From: Lama glama
Lineage: Eukaryota
Assembly (NCBI GenBank): GCA_028534125.1
Contig: CM052818.1
Location: 1,676,391 to 1,740,000 of the forward strand
Direction: 5' to 3'
Length of the DNA: 63,610 nt
In this document: in pieces, positions 39,021 to 51,835 of the stretch
Layout: the number at the start of each line of letters is the position of its first letter
Position numbering within the stretch: the stretch's first letter is position 1
The notes under the pieces: model-generated
Database searches by the model: none
What the model saw: the letters and a program-made list of their open reading frames with translations, nothing else
Told to the model about the DNA's origin: nothing
Translations under genes and position numbers: made by a program

Positions 39021-39494
39021 GGAATGTAAAGGATGTCAGTAACTACTTGGTTGATTGTTGATTGAGAAGGAACAATTTCCCTGAAGTAAAAGGCAGGCTT
39101 CAAATGACTTCCTTGCCTTGGTTTAACACTCATCACCTCCTTTTGAATGCCAGGTAAGGGAAATGATTAGTTTGATTGTTGCCCTTTATAAATAGGAAAG
39201 TTGAGACCAAATAAGGTTTATTGAAGGCCTCAACTTTGAATTCAGTCACCCTACATTTCTCTTAAAGGAAAGTTGAGATGCATGGAGATCATCACCTTGT
39301 TTGAAGGTCAGATGGAGTGTTTCTGTGATGAGTAGTCTGATGTGATGACTCCTCTCTTGTGACCCCCGTGATGACTAGGGATTTCAGGGTGAATAGAGAG
39401 TGAGGGAGGAGGGAGATGTCATTCCTGCCCCCTTAAAACAGCATGTTCTGCCCAGAAAGTAATTCTTTCCCATCTGAGGCAGGGTATTGTAATG

Positions 39495-39590
39495 CAACAT
39501 TTATTAAACATTTAGGATGAGTTGGGTATTGTGAGGAGCATAAGATAAACAAACCAAAGCTCTTGACTTCAAGAGATGATAATTTAATGA
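39495..39590 (-). mobile_element. L2 3'-end fragment
   Basis: 'aacatttattaaacattta...gggtattgtg...aagataaacaaa...cttgacttcaagag'. Confidence 0.45.
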
Positions 39591-42500
39591 AAAAACTATT
39601 CTCACATGATCATTCGTAGAGTTCTGAGTTAACTAAGTTTGAGGAAATGATTTGCCACTTGCAGATATCTGCTTTCTAATTACTGCCAACACCACGCCTT
39701 AGTAGCTTTGAAGCTGTGTTGCATGGCAGCTAGTGGTTCTGTTGAGCTTGCTGGGGTGTGACTCTAAGCTGTGGCAGTAGAGGCTGGGGAGATGGGAAAG
39801 GTAGTGAGCTGAGCTGATAGGTCCCTGGATGGTTTACCCCAAATTTGCCTAAACAGCTTCGATATTACATGTTTCCTATATTGGGCTTCTTCATAAGATA
39901 CATTTGGGGGAAGAAAACATGCTCTGCCGCTGAGAAATTTAAATCACTGGTTATACAACAATAATGACACATTCAGGCCTGATGGTGGGACACTCATCTA
40001 AACGCTTTGTGGTCCTGCAGCAGCCGGAAATTACCTCCCTCATTGCAAAAGCAGTATTGAGATCATCTGTGGTTCCGTTTGAGAGTGAAAAGGGTTGTTA
40101 CGCCACCCATTTGTTTCCCAAGAAAGGATCCTCTGAAGAGGGAGTGAGTGAACATTGTAGAAATTGGCCTTTCATTTTGTCAAAAAGGATTGACAAGGCA
40201 GATCGGCTGTGAGGAAGCCGGCGCAGCCCCGCCAAGCATGAGCTAAGCGCCTGGGAGGACGTGTCTCAAGCAACCTGAGGCCAAGCTCCGTGCAACTAGT
40301 AATTGTTTCAAGGAAAGTGAATGGCCAAGAATGGAATATGCTAGTGGGGTCCCTGCTTTTTTGTGATCTCTCCAAGTCAGTTCCCGAGATGAATAATGCT
40401 GGGAGCAGTTGAGTCATTTAGATAGTTTGGAAGAAATAAATAAATAAATAAAACAAAATAGACAAAAAACAGCTAAGCTCTGTGAAATGGAAAATGAGAT
40501 TTCCATACCAGATGAGCGATGAGTTATGCGGAGAGCATTCCTGAGCAAAAGCCTCGGGGCCGCTTGGTTTTGGTTTGATTTGGTTTCTAAGTGCAGAAAT
40601 GGGTCAGTTGGTCTTCTAGAACATTCCCACAAAACTTGTCATCCTGACATGTGATTTGAGACAGGCAGCAGGGATGTGGAAAGTAGCATCTGAAACGGCT
40701 CCTCATTGATGCTACCTGGGCTCTTTCATCCGAACATTCTGCCCTTGTCTGCAGAAGACAGTTACCCTCTGAGAGCTTCCTTTTCTGTTCCTACTCGCTG
40801 AGAAGGCGGCAGGAGATGAGCGTGTGTCCCAGCTGCCTTCAGCGCAGCGTCAAGCTTCCACGATTGTGATCACTTCAGAATGTAACCCAAGGCTGCATCT
40901 GAGCCCGATTTGTTTCTGGCAGTGATGCAGTCATCAAGTGAGAATCTAGAAGTTCCTGTGAGGCTCCACCTCAAAGATGCAGGGCCTCCCCCATGAGCCA
41001 GAACCAGACTCACTAAGGTGGCCATTGGCAGTGAACCTCTTGAAACTCCAGAAGGCCAAAGCTCTGCTTCCCTTTTGTACCCTCTCCCTTCCTTGTCCCC
41101 CACCCCCCTACTTCCTTCATAGCTACGAAATGCTCTCTCTGGAATGTTTGAAGGTGAGGATTTAGGTCTGGGCAACCTGTTAAAAATATGAATTGTTACC
41201 ATGAACTCTGAGTGGCCTTTCAGCTTTGCTGACAGAAATTTACTCCATGTAGACATTCCCCCCCCCCAAAAAAATTAAGCAGGTAAGGTCATTTGGAGTT
41301 GAAACAAGCATGCAGTCGGTGTGTTTGAAAATGAAATTATAATTAACCTGCTGATGGCTGTGAGGTGTTACCTTGAACTCTGTGTGGCCTCTTGGCACAG
41401 CGGCTGAACTTGCTTTATTGAATACCCAGAGACCTGAACAGGTGAAATCAGGATAGGTCCAGGGCTAATTGTACTTTTAGAAAGAAGATTATGTCTCTTT
41501 TAGTGCCGATTGTAAGAGATTTGAAGATTAATTGAGCAGCACTAATCAGAAAATAAAAACGAGTTTTGACCATCCATTTCTATGTGAAACATAAAGCTGG
41601 TTAAAACTGCTGAGGAAAATGACTTCACTTGCCCACTTTGTGAATTGATCCCTGAAGTGATGAGAGGTTGCTAGGCCTGACAGTGGCCTAGGAAGATTAT
41701 TGCAATTTGGAAATCATATATTATCCACATGTTTAGGAAAACATCGTAATTACCAGCTGAGAGCTATGAAGTGTTGTGAGAACTCTGAGTGGTCTGTTGA
41801 CACATGGGCTGGACAACTTCATGGAAATATTCAAAATGATGGAGGTAAAACTGTACGGCAGTAACTTAGCATTGTTAATGACAAGGAGAGGTGGTGAGGT
41901 CACTCACGGTGCAGAATGAATGAGTCTGAGATAAACTTTAACTCTCTCTTGTCCATGAAATATTATTTGAAAGGAAGTGTGCGGCTCACTGCCTTATACA
42001 ATCAGCAAAATTGGGTAGTGGTACCACAGGTCCCAAGTATGTACGAGGTTAAGGGAATACCCTAAACAACCGATTTATTGTCAGTCGTGAGCTCTACCTT
42101 GTCACTGCTTTAAACTGGCAAGAAATCCATTTCATCCCTTGTCACACTGAATTAAAAAAAAAAAAAGCATTATTCTGTTACTCCCGCCTTTGCATCGCTT
42201 CCCTCTAATTACGTAATATCATTGCATGGTAAAGTCACATTCTATAAAAGCCAAAATTTGGGGATCCTCCTTGTTTTGGCTGAGAGCACTTTTTGTTAGA
42301 CTAAACAGTTTAGTTCACTTTGTGCTTTTGACAGGCTGGCTTGAATGAATGCTCTTGTTGGTTTAATAAACAAAGAATAATATTCCAAAATGGGTTTTTA
42401 TTGCTGGGTGGAATTATTCATAGAAATGATCTAATTGTTCACATCTCTGCCTAGTTTAAGCAATAAATGTATAAATAACACAGAGGTTTTCCTATGTCAA

Positions 42501-43039
42501 AAGAAGTTTCAGTTAGGACACACAGACAGACACCCTTGGCCTTCCCAACTGCTCTTTTCATACGAGCCTCTGTTACTTTCTCTTGTATTTCCTGTGGAGC
42601 ACTCAAAAGAGGAATAAACTTCACCAGGTCCTAACCACTAATCCATGCTCATCTTAGGTTAGTGTCATTTCACTTGGTTGGCGATTAAGGTTCAACACTG
42701 CTAACAGACCAGAGGAATCCATGTCTTTTTGAAAGAAAATGCTTTGTATTTGTCCAGCATATTTTATCTCAATTCAATGCACAAACTTAGAAATGGACTA
42801 AAGTCTCTGCAACAGTTACAGCCGGGATCATTCTGCTCAATGCTGACGGAGATTGGCGGCCTCACTGGCCACAGTGACTGACTGCCCAGTTCCGCTTTGG
42901 GATGCTATACGCACTTTGATGGCCTTCTGTGTAACTTGGAATACCCACCTCGATGCGTAGGGCCTCAGATAATTGTATTTCTCTTGTTTTCCCCATCAGA
43001 CTGATAAGCTGTTCTCCAGTTCACAGATACATTGTTTCT

Positions 43040-43836
43040 ATCCTGCACGGAGAAGCACCATACTTTGTGCTGTGTCTATAATCTGAGATGCTCCCCCATC
43101 CTAGCTTTAATTCTGTCTCAGTTTCTGCCTGCCTCCTCCGTGAAGCCTTTCCTTATCATCCCATCCCAGGCTCTAAACTCTTACCATATTGATTTCCTAC
43201 AGCACTCATGAGGGTGGCAGGTAGATGACAAAACTTAAGCAAGTCTCCACATTAATATTGGCACTTAGCATAAACTGAATCATAGTTACTTTACATGCTT
43301 GTCTCTGTGACCCCTCTGCTTTGGCATGGTAGAGCCCCGCCCCTTCCAAATTACTGCCAAAGGGACCTTTCTATAATATAAAGTTGATTGATATTTCTTT
43401 CTTTTGGATGTGCCCGTCACCTCAAGGAACGAAAGAAAAAGCCCTTGCATAGAACTGCCTTTTCAGGCCAGCCCCTACCTGTCTCTCAAGCTGCATCTTC
43501 TACCATTCCCCTGGGACACCCACACAAAGGTTGCTGCTCACCCAACATGACACCGCAAGGCTTCTTCCTTTGGCTCGGCTCTTCTTCCTCTGGCAAACAT
43601 TTACTCGACTTTTAAGACTCAGGTATTTCCTCCCTCGGAAACTTTCCCTGACTCTCCCAAGCAGGGACTGGCCTGCCCTCTGCACCTCCTGAGCACCTTC
43701 CACGCAGCTCGGATACATTTACAACGTATCCTGCCCCCGTGTATTTATGTTCCTGTCCGTCTCCTCTGCTAGCTGGGAAGTATGGCACAGAACAGCTGCC
43801 CGTAAATGTTTGTCGAAAGAATGAATGAATGAACAG
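43040..43836 (+). mobile_element. L2 fragments ending in a (GAAT)n tail
   Basis: 'cctcctccgtgaagcctttcct', 'tttcctccctcggaaactttccctgact', 'gtaaatgtttgtcgaaagaatgaatgaatgaa'. Confidence 0.7.
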
Positions 43837-44549
43837 ATGAACTTTTTTAAATGAAAATATTTTAAAAGCCAGATAATTCCCAATGAGGGAGATGCTTAGA
43901 AAATAAAGTATTTTCTATCTGCAGATGTCCTACTTTCATGTTAATGTATGGGCTACTTGCTGCAGGGCCTGGGTGCACACCCTCTGTTTGTATTTCGGCA
44001 GAGAAGCCAGTGCCTTGAAATGTGTCTTGACCAGGACTCTTTTGATTGGAGAAAGTCTTCCAGTTTGAGAGGAAGTGGTTATGGCCACTGTTGTTGATTA
44101 CACCTAGATTCCAAAGTAGGTCCGGTAGATGTAAGGACAATTTGACTGTGACAAGAAGGGGAGAGTTTTCAGTCTCAACTTTTACATTCTCTTTAATGCG
44201 ATGTGGGCTGCAGAAAAATGAACACTTGTCCTCAGTGTCTTGCAGTATTTTCAGCCAGGACCTTAATAGGAGGGAGTTAGTCAATATTCCCATCTGCCTT
44301 GTAATTATTCTCTAGTAAGACCCAAGTCATAGCCAGTTCTATCCAAAATTAGCGTAAAAGAACAGTGCCACTAAATCCTGCTCAGGGCCAGCCGTAGGGC
44401 TGCCCCATCAGCCAACTCTAGGCCCCCAAATCTAAAAGCAGACTCAAAATTTGATCTCGTACTTTTTCCGTCACGGAGACTTAGCTGTCGTGCTCTCCAG
44501 GGCTCTCTAAGCAAGTAGTAGAAGCAGCTTAGGAAAAAAACTAGTGAGG

Positions 44550-45300
44550 ACGGCCTTTTTATAGGAGAGGAAAACGAGGCACGCCACGGTCGGGCAGTTT
44601 TGTGAGATGCTGTTCGGGTAGGTTCAGGTGCGGGTCAGGGCAGCGCTGAGGAAAGCAGCCAGGTACCCTTGACAGATAGTAGCCAGGCTGAACGCCGGAC
44701 TCGTCCACTCTGGGCAGTGTAGTCTGTGCCAGTGATCCCAAGGATTTTCTGAATGAATTACCATAATTGGATGTAATTCAGGAGGGGGATGCTTCCTGTA
44801 CACACCAAATGAGCCGCATGCTGGATCCTTTTGCCTGGATGACTGAGAGGAAGAAACCCAACAGGAAATACATCTTTGCAAATTAGAAAAGTTGATGAGC
44901 TAAGTCCTGCAAACATTGGGCAGTTGTCCCAAGTGAACTCCGAGTGACCTGCTGGCACCCTGGCTCACCTCACCGCACTTCGCAGCCAGAAGCATGCCAG
45001 GTGGATTCCCGTTCTCACCGCCCCGATAAGGCGGCAGCAGGAACTTGCCACACCCATGCCCGCATCCACTCTCCTAGCCCGCTTCCCCTGACCCCGGGCT
45101 GATAGAAACCCAGGGTGATAACGCTATTGAGGTGCCAGCTATAAACCGTATCAGTTTGTACGTGGGTAGAGGGAGGGGAGGTGGGGAGGAAAAAGCAAAA
45201 ACGGCCAAATGGAGAGTTCAGCCTCACCTCTAGGTGACCTTGGCAGCACGCGGAGCAGAAGGGAAATTGCCAGGAACTTGCAGTCTTTTGTCGAGCATTG
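44550..45300. promoter_or_regulatory. CpG-enriched candidate promoter/enhancer
   Basis: About 29 CpG in about 750 bp by manual count; GC box, GATA motifs, CCACACCC and TATAAA within 45016-45153. Confidence 0.35.
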
Positions 45301-46252
45301 TTTTGACTTGGCTTTGCTACAGAGCATCTTTGGGGGACTGGGGCAAAAAATAGGTCATTGTGAACTGCAGGTGCAGTTTGGATCTTGAACTTGTGGTATA
45401 TGGACAAACCCCGGAGTATTTATCAAGATGAAAATGATGGTTTTCCTCATAGGTACATAGGCCACTTTGCATTACGTGTAACACCAACAACGTAAGTGAG
45501 GTTTTTTTCCCCCTAAAGATGGAAGGAGACAGTGGAGTTCTGCTTCCCTGTCCTTCCTTCCTCCCTGCCTCTTCCTCTCCCTACCTCCCTTTCTCCTTCG
45601 GTCACCCCTCCTTTGATGGACTGTGCTTCTCTGTTGTGACAAACCTCATTTGACAAACTAACTCTTGACTCTCAAGGTACCCTCCCTCCTCCGGACGTAC
45701 TGATTAATGTAGGCAGCCTCACTCAGAGATTCAGTGACAGCAAGAGAGTCAAGAGGCTGGGATTTAACTGTTACTCAAATAGTCAGCACTCATCACGATC
45801 TTTGCCCGCTTAATTTAGACTCTTGAGAGTCTGCAGGCCAGTGTGCAGAAAGAACATATCCCAACAAAGGAAAGCAGGAACGTTTTAAAACCCTTACTTC
45901 GGCCTCAATCGCGGCACTTAATCCCTCCCACCATCTGTTTCCTCATTTTCTAAACGTAATAGGAAACATGTCAAAGCACCTGGCTGCTAAAATGATGGGC
46001 ACTGTCTCTAGACTAAGAGGAAAAATCTGGAGGGTATTGCTCGAGCAATTTTGCACTTGAGAACTGCTAAGGAAAAGCATTGCTTGGGCTACTGATGTCT
46101 TCCTTCCCATGTATTCTGTACATACAAAGAAGATTACGAGGGCAGAGGTTTAAATTTCAGCAAGAAATACTTAGATTAGCCCAGAAATGCCCTGCCATCT
46201 ATATGTCTAGGGAAGGAACCATTTAGGGTGAGGCTTAATACAAAGAAACTCA

Positions 46253-46527
46253 GTGGGAAGGGATAAACTGGGCGTTTTCGAGATTTGCAGATACTGATAG
46301 GTATATATAAAATAGATAAACAAGTTTATACTGTAGAGCACAGGGAAATATAGTCAATATCTTGCAGTAGCTCATGGTGAAAAAGAATATGAAAATGAAC
46401 ATGTGTATATTCATGTATGACTGTAGCACTGTGCTGTCCGCCAGAAACTGACACAACATTGTCAACTGACTAGACCTCAATAAAATAAATAAATATATAA
46501 ATGTACCTAGTACCGCTTAAAAAAAAA
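46253..46527 (+). mobile_element. Young 5'-truncated L1 3' end
   Basis: 'gggaagggataaactggg...agcacagggaaatatagtcaatatcttg...gacacaacattgtcaactgac...aataaa'; same 3' family as 15097-15176 and 30367-30525. Confidence 0.9.
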
Positions 46528-47454
46528 GTCAATTTTATTCATTTTCTGATCATTGTGACTTTCGAAGATTAGTAACTCAAAAAAATAACTAGAGGAAAAT
46601 AGGTATCTGCTACCTATACTTTTGGGGTAAAGTTAGATTTATTGACAGAAAGTGGTGAGAAACACAGACAGCTAAGAAAAGCAGTTTTATCATGTTTTCA
46701 ACAGCGGCTAGTGATGCGTTGTGGGTACTGCAGGTAGGAAGGTGGAAAAGGAAGAGTAGGTAGATGGACTCCACTGGAGTTTCTTCAGATTTGGTGATTT
46801 AATATGTTTGATGAGTTCAAATGTTTTCAGTGTTTTCTTGGGAAACCTTATTGGTATTCGAACGAAAGAGACATACAGCGTTGCCTGTTGTCAGGAGGGA
46901 AGCGAGACTTGGGGTGGACACATATATTAAAATAACCTGCTGGCCTTCATTTGGGATTCCTGCCCTTTGATTCAAGGCAGGGTCCCCGGAGACCACTAGG
47001 CTGCTTAGAAAGAGTACCAGTCACCATCGCCTTCCAATGCCCCGGAATTTTGTCCACCCAAGGGATCCAGCTGCTGCCAACAGGAAGTCTCACATTTATC
47101 TGTAATCTCTGGAATTCAGGTTCCCTGAGGGAGCAGTGATCCAGAGTTGCCACCAGTGACACCTCTGTTGTTCTAGGAGCCTAAAATACCCGGCTTGGAT
47201 TCTGCTAAATTACAACAGTGACTCTCAGCGATGCAGGAGGGCGTGGAGGGCTGGACCACATCTAGATGCCTTCCTGTCCCCGGTCACCGCCTCACATCCT
47301 GTACTTGCTATTCACCCCTTCGTATCTCCCACTATTATGATGGGACTGTCCCATGTTCATGTATGTAGACTTAATAAAAGAATGGTTAACTTTTAAAAGT
47401 CCATATGTGACAATGCATGCTTCCTCATCCCTTTCATTTTTCCTGACCATTCTT

Positions 47455-47685
47455 GGAATATTTCCTACGTGCTAGGCAAAAGCTAAGCAGTATATTCCTA
47501 CATCACCTCAGGTAATTTTCTAAAAAACCATGTGAGATAAGAATTTATTATTTCCATTTTATAGATGAGGAAACTGACTTTCAAAGAGGTTAAGCAGCAT
47601 AGCTAAAGTCACACTTAGTGGCTGAACCAGGAGTTGAGCCCAGATCGATCTGATGCCGAAGCTCCTTCGTGGTCATGCTGTGCCC
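47455..47685 (-). mobile_element. MIR SINE
   Basis: 'tttccattttatagatgaggaaactga...agaggttaag...aaagtcacac' is the MIR core. Confidence 0.88.
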
Positions 47686-47969
47686 CTTCCTCTCGCCAGT
47701 GACCTTGCCTGGAACCAGTGTAGCTGAGTGGCTGGCCCGTGTCTGAAGTAGCACATGTTCATTCAAATGCCTTTAAGTTTCAGAGGAAACATTAAACAGT
47801 GCCAAGTCTTTACTTGCGTTTAGAATTCCTAACGTCCAATAGATGTATTTTTCCTATCTCCAAGTAAATAAGTCAAGTTATTGGCCCCTTCGGAGATCCA
47901 GTCTTTTTTGAGAAATTTAAATATGACAAATACTATAGACCCACTGTCCAGACTTGAAAAGTAATATTT

Positions 47970-48600
47970 TTCTTGTTTGTTTTATTTTTTATTTCAATGT
48001 ATGAATTTATACAGTTGGTAAGAAATAGAAAAAGAAAAGAAAAATAGTTCAATTAAGATAAATAAAAGAAGCAAAAACATTGTAGCATGGATAACATCCT
48101 ATTTGATCCCCAGGCCAAGGCAAGCCCATTCCTGCCATGAAATCTGGTGTGCATCCTTTTGGCTTATTTTTTCAATACTTTTAAGCCATGTATGAGTATC
48201 TGTGAATTATGTATAATGTGGCTTTGTGTGTTTTCTAAATTTATGAATGTAGCTCATGCGATATATCATTCTGCAACATCTTTCTTCATTCAGTAGTATT
48301 TTCAGAATTTCTCCATGCCAATAGTGAGATCTAATTTGTTCCTTTTATCCATTATATAGTATTCCATCATATTACCACACACTTAAGTATCCTTTCTGCT
48401 CTTAATGACCATTTCAGTTGTTTGCATTTTTATCGGTTGCTGTTCCAAATAGCATTTCGTAGAGCATTCTTATATTTGTTTCCTTGTGCATACAGATGTG
48501 TGTTTCTTGAGAGTTTTTACCTAAAAATATACCCAGAAGTAAAAGGACGGGCTCACTGAGTTGTCTTGTCTTGATGTACATGAGATTTTTGCTTGTGGAG
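47970..48600 (-). mobile_element. Old L1ME-type 3' region
   Basis: 'tatatcattctgcaac', 'tatatagtattccatcatatt', 'aaaatatacccagaagt'. Confidence 0.7.
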
Positions 48601-50887
48601 ATGAACCCAAGTGAAACCGTAGATGCGAGTTGACAGTAAGAGAAGAGGTGGGACGGGTGGTGTCAATGTGGAGTGTAGAAATGAACGCTCTGGCGCCCAG
48701 GATGTTGATAACATTGTTCCCATTCAACAGACAGAATGTCGGCCTTCAGCTCTGCAGGCAGGAGAGGTCAGCGTGGTTCCCTTGGTTACAGAGGGCATCT
48801 TCCCTTTATTGGTCCATTATCCCTTTTTAACACTCTCAGTGATAGGCCCATTCCTTAATTCAGGAAAAGGAAATAAAATGTTTTGTGCCCTAAATTCAAA
48901 CACCAGCCAGCTCTGTGGTGTTCTAAGCAAACTGCATTTAGGATCTTGATAATATTCTGACTGTCGGTCAGAATGCTTCATTGTGGTGCCTGCAGCAGAA
49001 CCTGAAAGAGAGAATTTCCCTTTGCAGGAGTGGCTGAGAACAGCAAGACTGTGCATTGTCTGGGCATTCTTCTGTATTTATAAAGTCTTTATTTACTTTA
49101 TTTAGTGGCTGCGGCTGTGACTTTATCTTCTTCTAGCTCATTTTCCAGCGTAACAGGATAAGACCACTCCTGCCATTATGATTTACCATGCAGTAAACAA
49201 TGAGGGCTTTTGGATTGCATTTTAGAGAATTGCTTTATTCGGCTCTCCTTCCAACCCCTTTGGGAAACAATTGACAATTGATATTTCTCTTTTGGAATTT
49301 CTCAGTGAATTCAGCATTCCTAGATTCGGTTTCTGTTTGTTATTTGGCTTGTAAAATCCATCGCTTTGGGGATAAGAATGGCTTGTGTCCAGCATAATAG
49401 CTTTTTGCTTACTAGTCTACCCGGTGACAGGAGGGGAAGGACAGCGTGGCTTGCCCTGGCCCGGTCTCAGTTGTTCTTTTCATATTCTACTCCAAACATA
49501 GCAGTGCCCCACTCCCAAACAAACAAGGATTGAGTATCACTTTTGACCGTGGCGCATAGTCGCTTCCCAGCAGCCAGGGAAGAGGTCAGGTCTATCAGAG
49601 TCAAAGTACTGCACAGCTGACCATACCGGGAGATGCTGGCCAAGTCTGGTGCTGGCTGCTCTCCTCCTGTTAACTGGCTCTGGCAGCCTCTTCTACAGAC
49701 CTGCTCATCCTAGGGGCCAGCTAATTTCATAGGGCAAGTTCTTCCATTGACAGGAGAAGAGGGGTTCCTGGATTGTCTGTGTTGTGAAGCTTTCATGTAG
49801 TTTTCAATCTGATGGCAAATGTAAATTGATCCCAATTCTAAAGTATCCCCCAGCTTGGGATCTTGCTTTCAGAGAAAAAGCTTCAGTCCCGGTATGTTTA
49901 TATTTTATGCATCCATCTTCTCCCCTATCAGCATAGCTTGCTTATTGTCTGCGTGTTTGTCTTTTTCACATTAGTTGCTGAGTTCCTTTAAGGCAGGCCT
50001 CCTTCTCTTTTTTGGGAGTTCCAATTCTCAGTGCCTTTTGTCCTGTTGATTTGCAGTAAGTATATATTGAATTAATTCCATATGTATTTTGAGGGATGAA
50101 TTCAGAACTTATGGGAGGTGGGAAAGATACAAAGAAAGCACGGAAGCCAAACCCCAACCAGTGTACAGCAGTGTACTGTTTTGCCCGATGCTCTCAAACT
50201 TAACTTTAACTACTGTCCCAGAGGTAATATAAATAAGTCACTTCATTCTGTACCTTTGCTATATGTATAGTTTATAATCAAAATTCTGATTAAAAGGTGA
50301 GTATAACTCATATGCCAGGACTTCATCCACTACCACTAAGATCGATTTTCAATTGTCTTAAATTTCTTAATGATTTGTAAGCTGTCTTCAATGTCAGGGG
50401 ATACCATTGCCTGACTAAGTAAGTGTTGGGATTTCATAGTGGAAGATGGCAGGGAACCCATTTGGACTGCACCGGACCTCTTAAACAAAGACCAGGGGCT
50501 ACTCAGATGCTCTGATCCTCTGCTACCAGATCCTTTAAGACCTTTGCCCAGAGAGGTGACGTAAGAATACATTTTGTTTCCCTTTGTGGACAGGAGTGGA
50601 GACACCAGTAATGGAATGAAAATGACCTAGAAGAAGGAAGTTCTTATCCTAAGGCTCATTGTCTTTCATCCTTTGTTTTTGTCATCACAAAAACTCTGTT
50701 ATCCATGCTGAAGAAACATAGTTTTTTCTCTCCAACAGGTGATTTTCAGTGTGATATAGGAAAAGACTACTGGCCTGAGAATCAGGAGATTTCCTATTTC
50801 TGTCTCTGCCACTACCTGCTCGGGTAAACGTGAGCAAGTAATTGGAGCTTTCCTGTTGGTTTTAATTGGAGGCAGTTAGCTGCTTGA

Positions 50888-51330
50888 TTTGGAACACCGC
50901 ATTTTAAACAGGGCACTGATAAAGTCCAGCTAGAAGAAAAAGTGAACCAGGCTATCAGGAGATCTGGAAAACCTTGGTTAAAGAACTCTGGATGTTTCAA
51001 CCCACAAAAGAGAAGACTCAGGAGATTGATGATACCGGGCTTCAGATATATGAGGAGCTAACTTGTAGAGAACTTTGAGTACTTACTGGTGTCTTGCTAA
51101 CTAGGACCCATGATTGGAAGTTAAAGGGAAGCAGATTTCCTCAATATGAGAGAAAAACCTGTCAACAGCTAGAGAGCTTAAGAAGTGGAGCAGACTCCCT
51201 TTCCTCTAACTGCAGGCACGCAGGCAGAAAACAGATTCCCATTTATAAGGGCTGTTTTATAGTCAGTTGCAAATTATACTAAACGATTCTCAAGTTCCCT
51301 TCCCAAGTTAAGCCGTCTATGAACTCGTGA
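50888..51330 (+). mobile_element. CR1/L3 LINE 3' end
   Basis: Collinear with the L3 3' consensus: 'accgcattttaaacagggcactgataaa', 'aagaactctggatgttt...aagagaagactcagg', 'aactaggacccatgattggaagttaaagggaagcagattt'. Confidence 0.8.
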
Positions 51331-51335
51331 GTAGA

Positions 51336-51835
51336 NNNNNNNNNNNNNNNNNNNNNNNNNNNNNNNNNNNNNNNNNNNNNNNNNNNNNNNNNNNNNNNNN
51401 NNNNNNNNNNNNNNNNNNNNNNNNNNNNNNNNNNNNNNNNNNNNNNNNNNNNNNNNNNNNNNNNNNNNNNNNNNNNNNNNNNNNNNNNNNNNNNNNNNNN
51501 NNNNNNNNNNNNNNNNNNNNNNNNNNNNNNNNNNNNNNNNNNNNNNNNNNNNNNNNNNNNNNNNNNNNNNNNNNNNNNNNNNNNNNNNNNNNNNNNNNNN
51601 NNNNNNNNNNNNNNNNNNNNNNNNNNNNNNNNNNNNNNNNNNNNNNNNNNNNNNNNNNNNNNNNNNNNNNNNNNNNNNNNNNNNNNNNNNNNNNNNNNNN
51701 NNNNNNNNNNNNNNNNNNNNNNNNNNNNNNNNNNNNNNNNNNNNNNNNNNNNNNNNNNNNNNNNNNNNNNNNNNNNNNNNNNNNNNNNNNNNNNNNNNNN
51801 NNNNNNNNNNNNNNNNNNNNNNNNNNNNNNNNNNN
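51336..51835. other. Assembly gap (500 N)
   Basis: Run of N. Confidence 1.
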
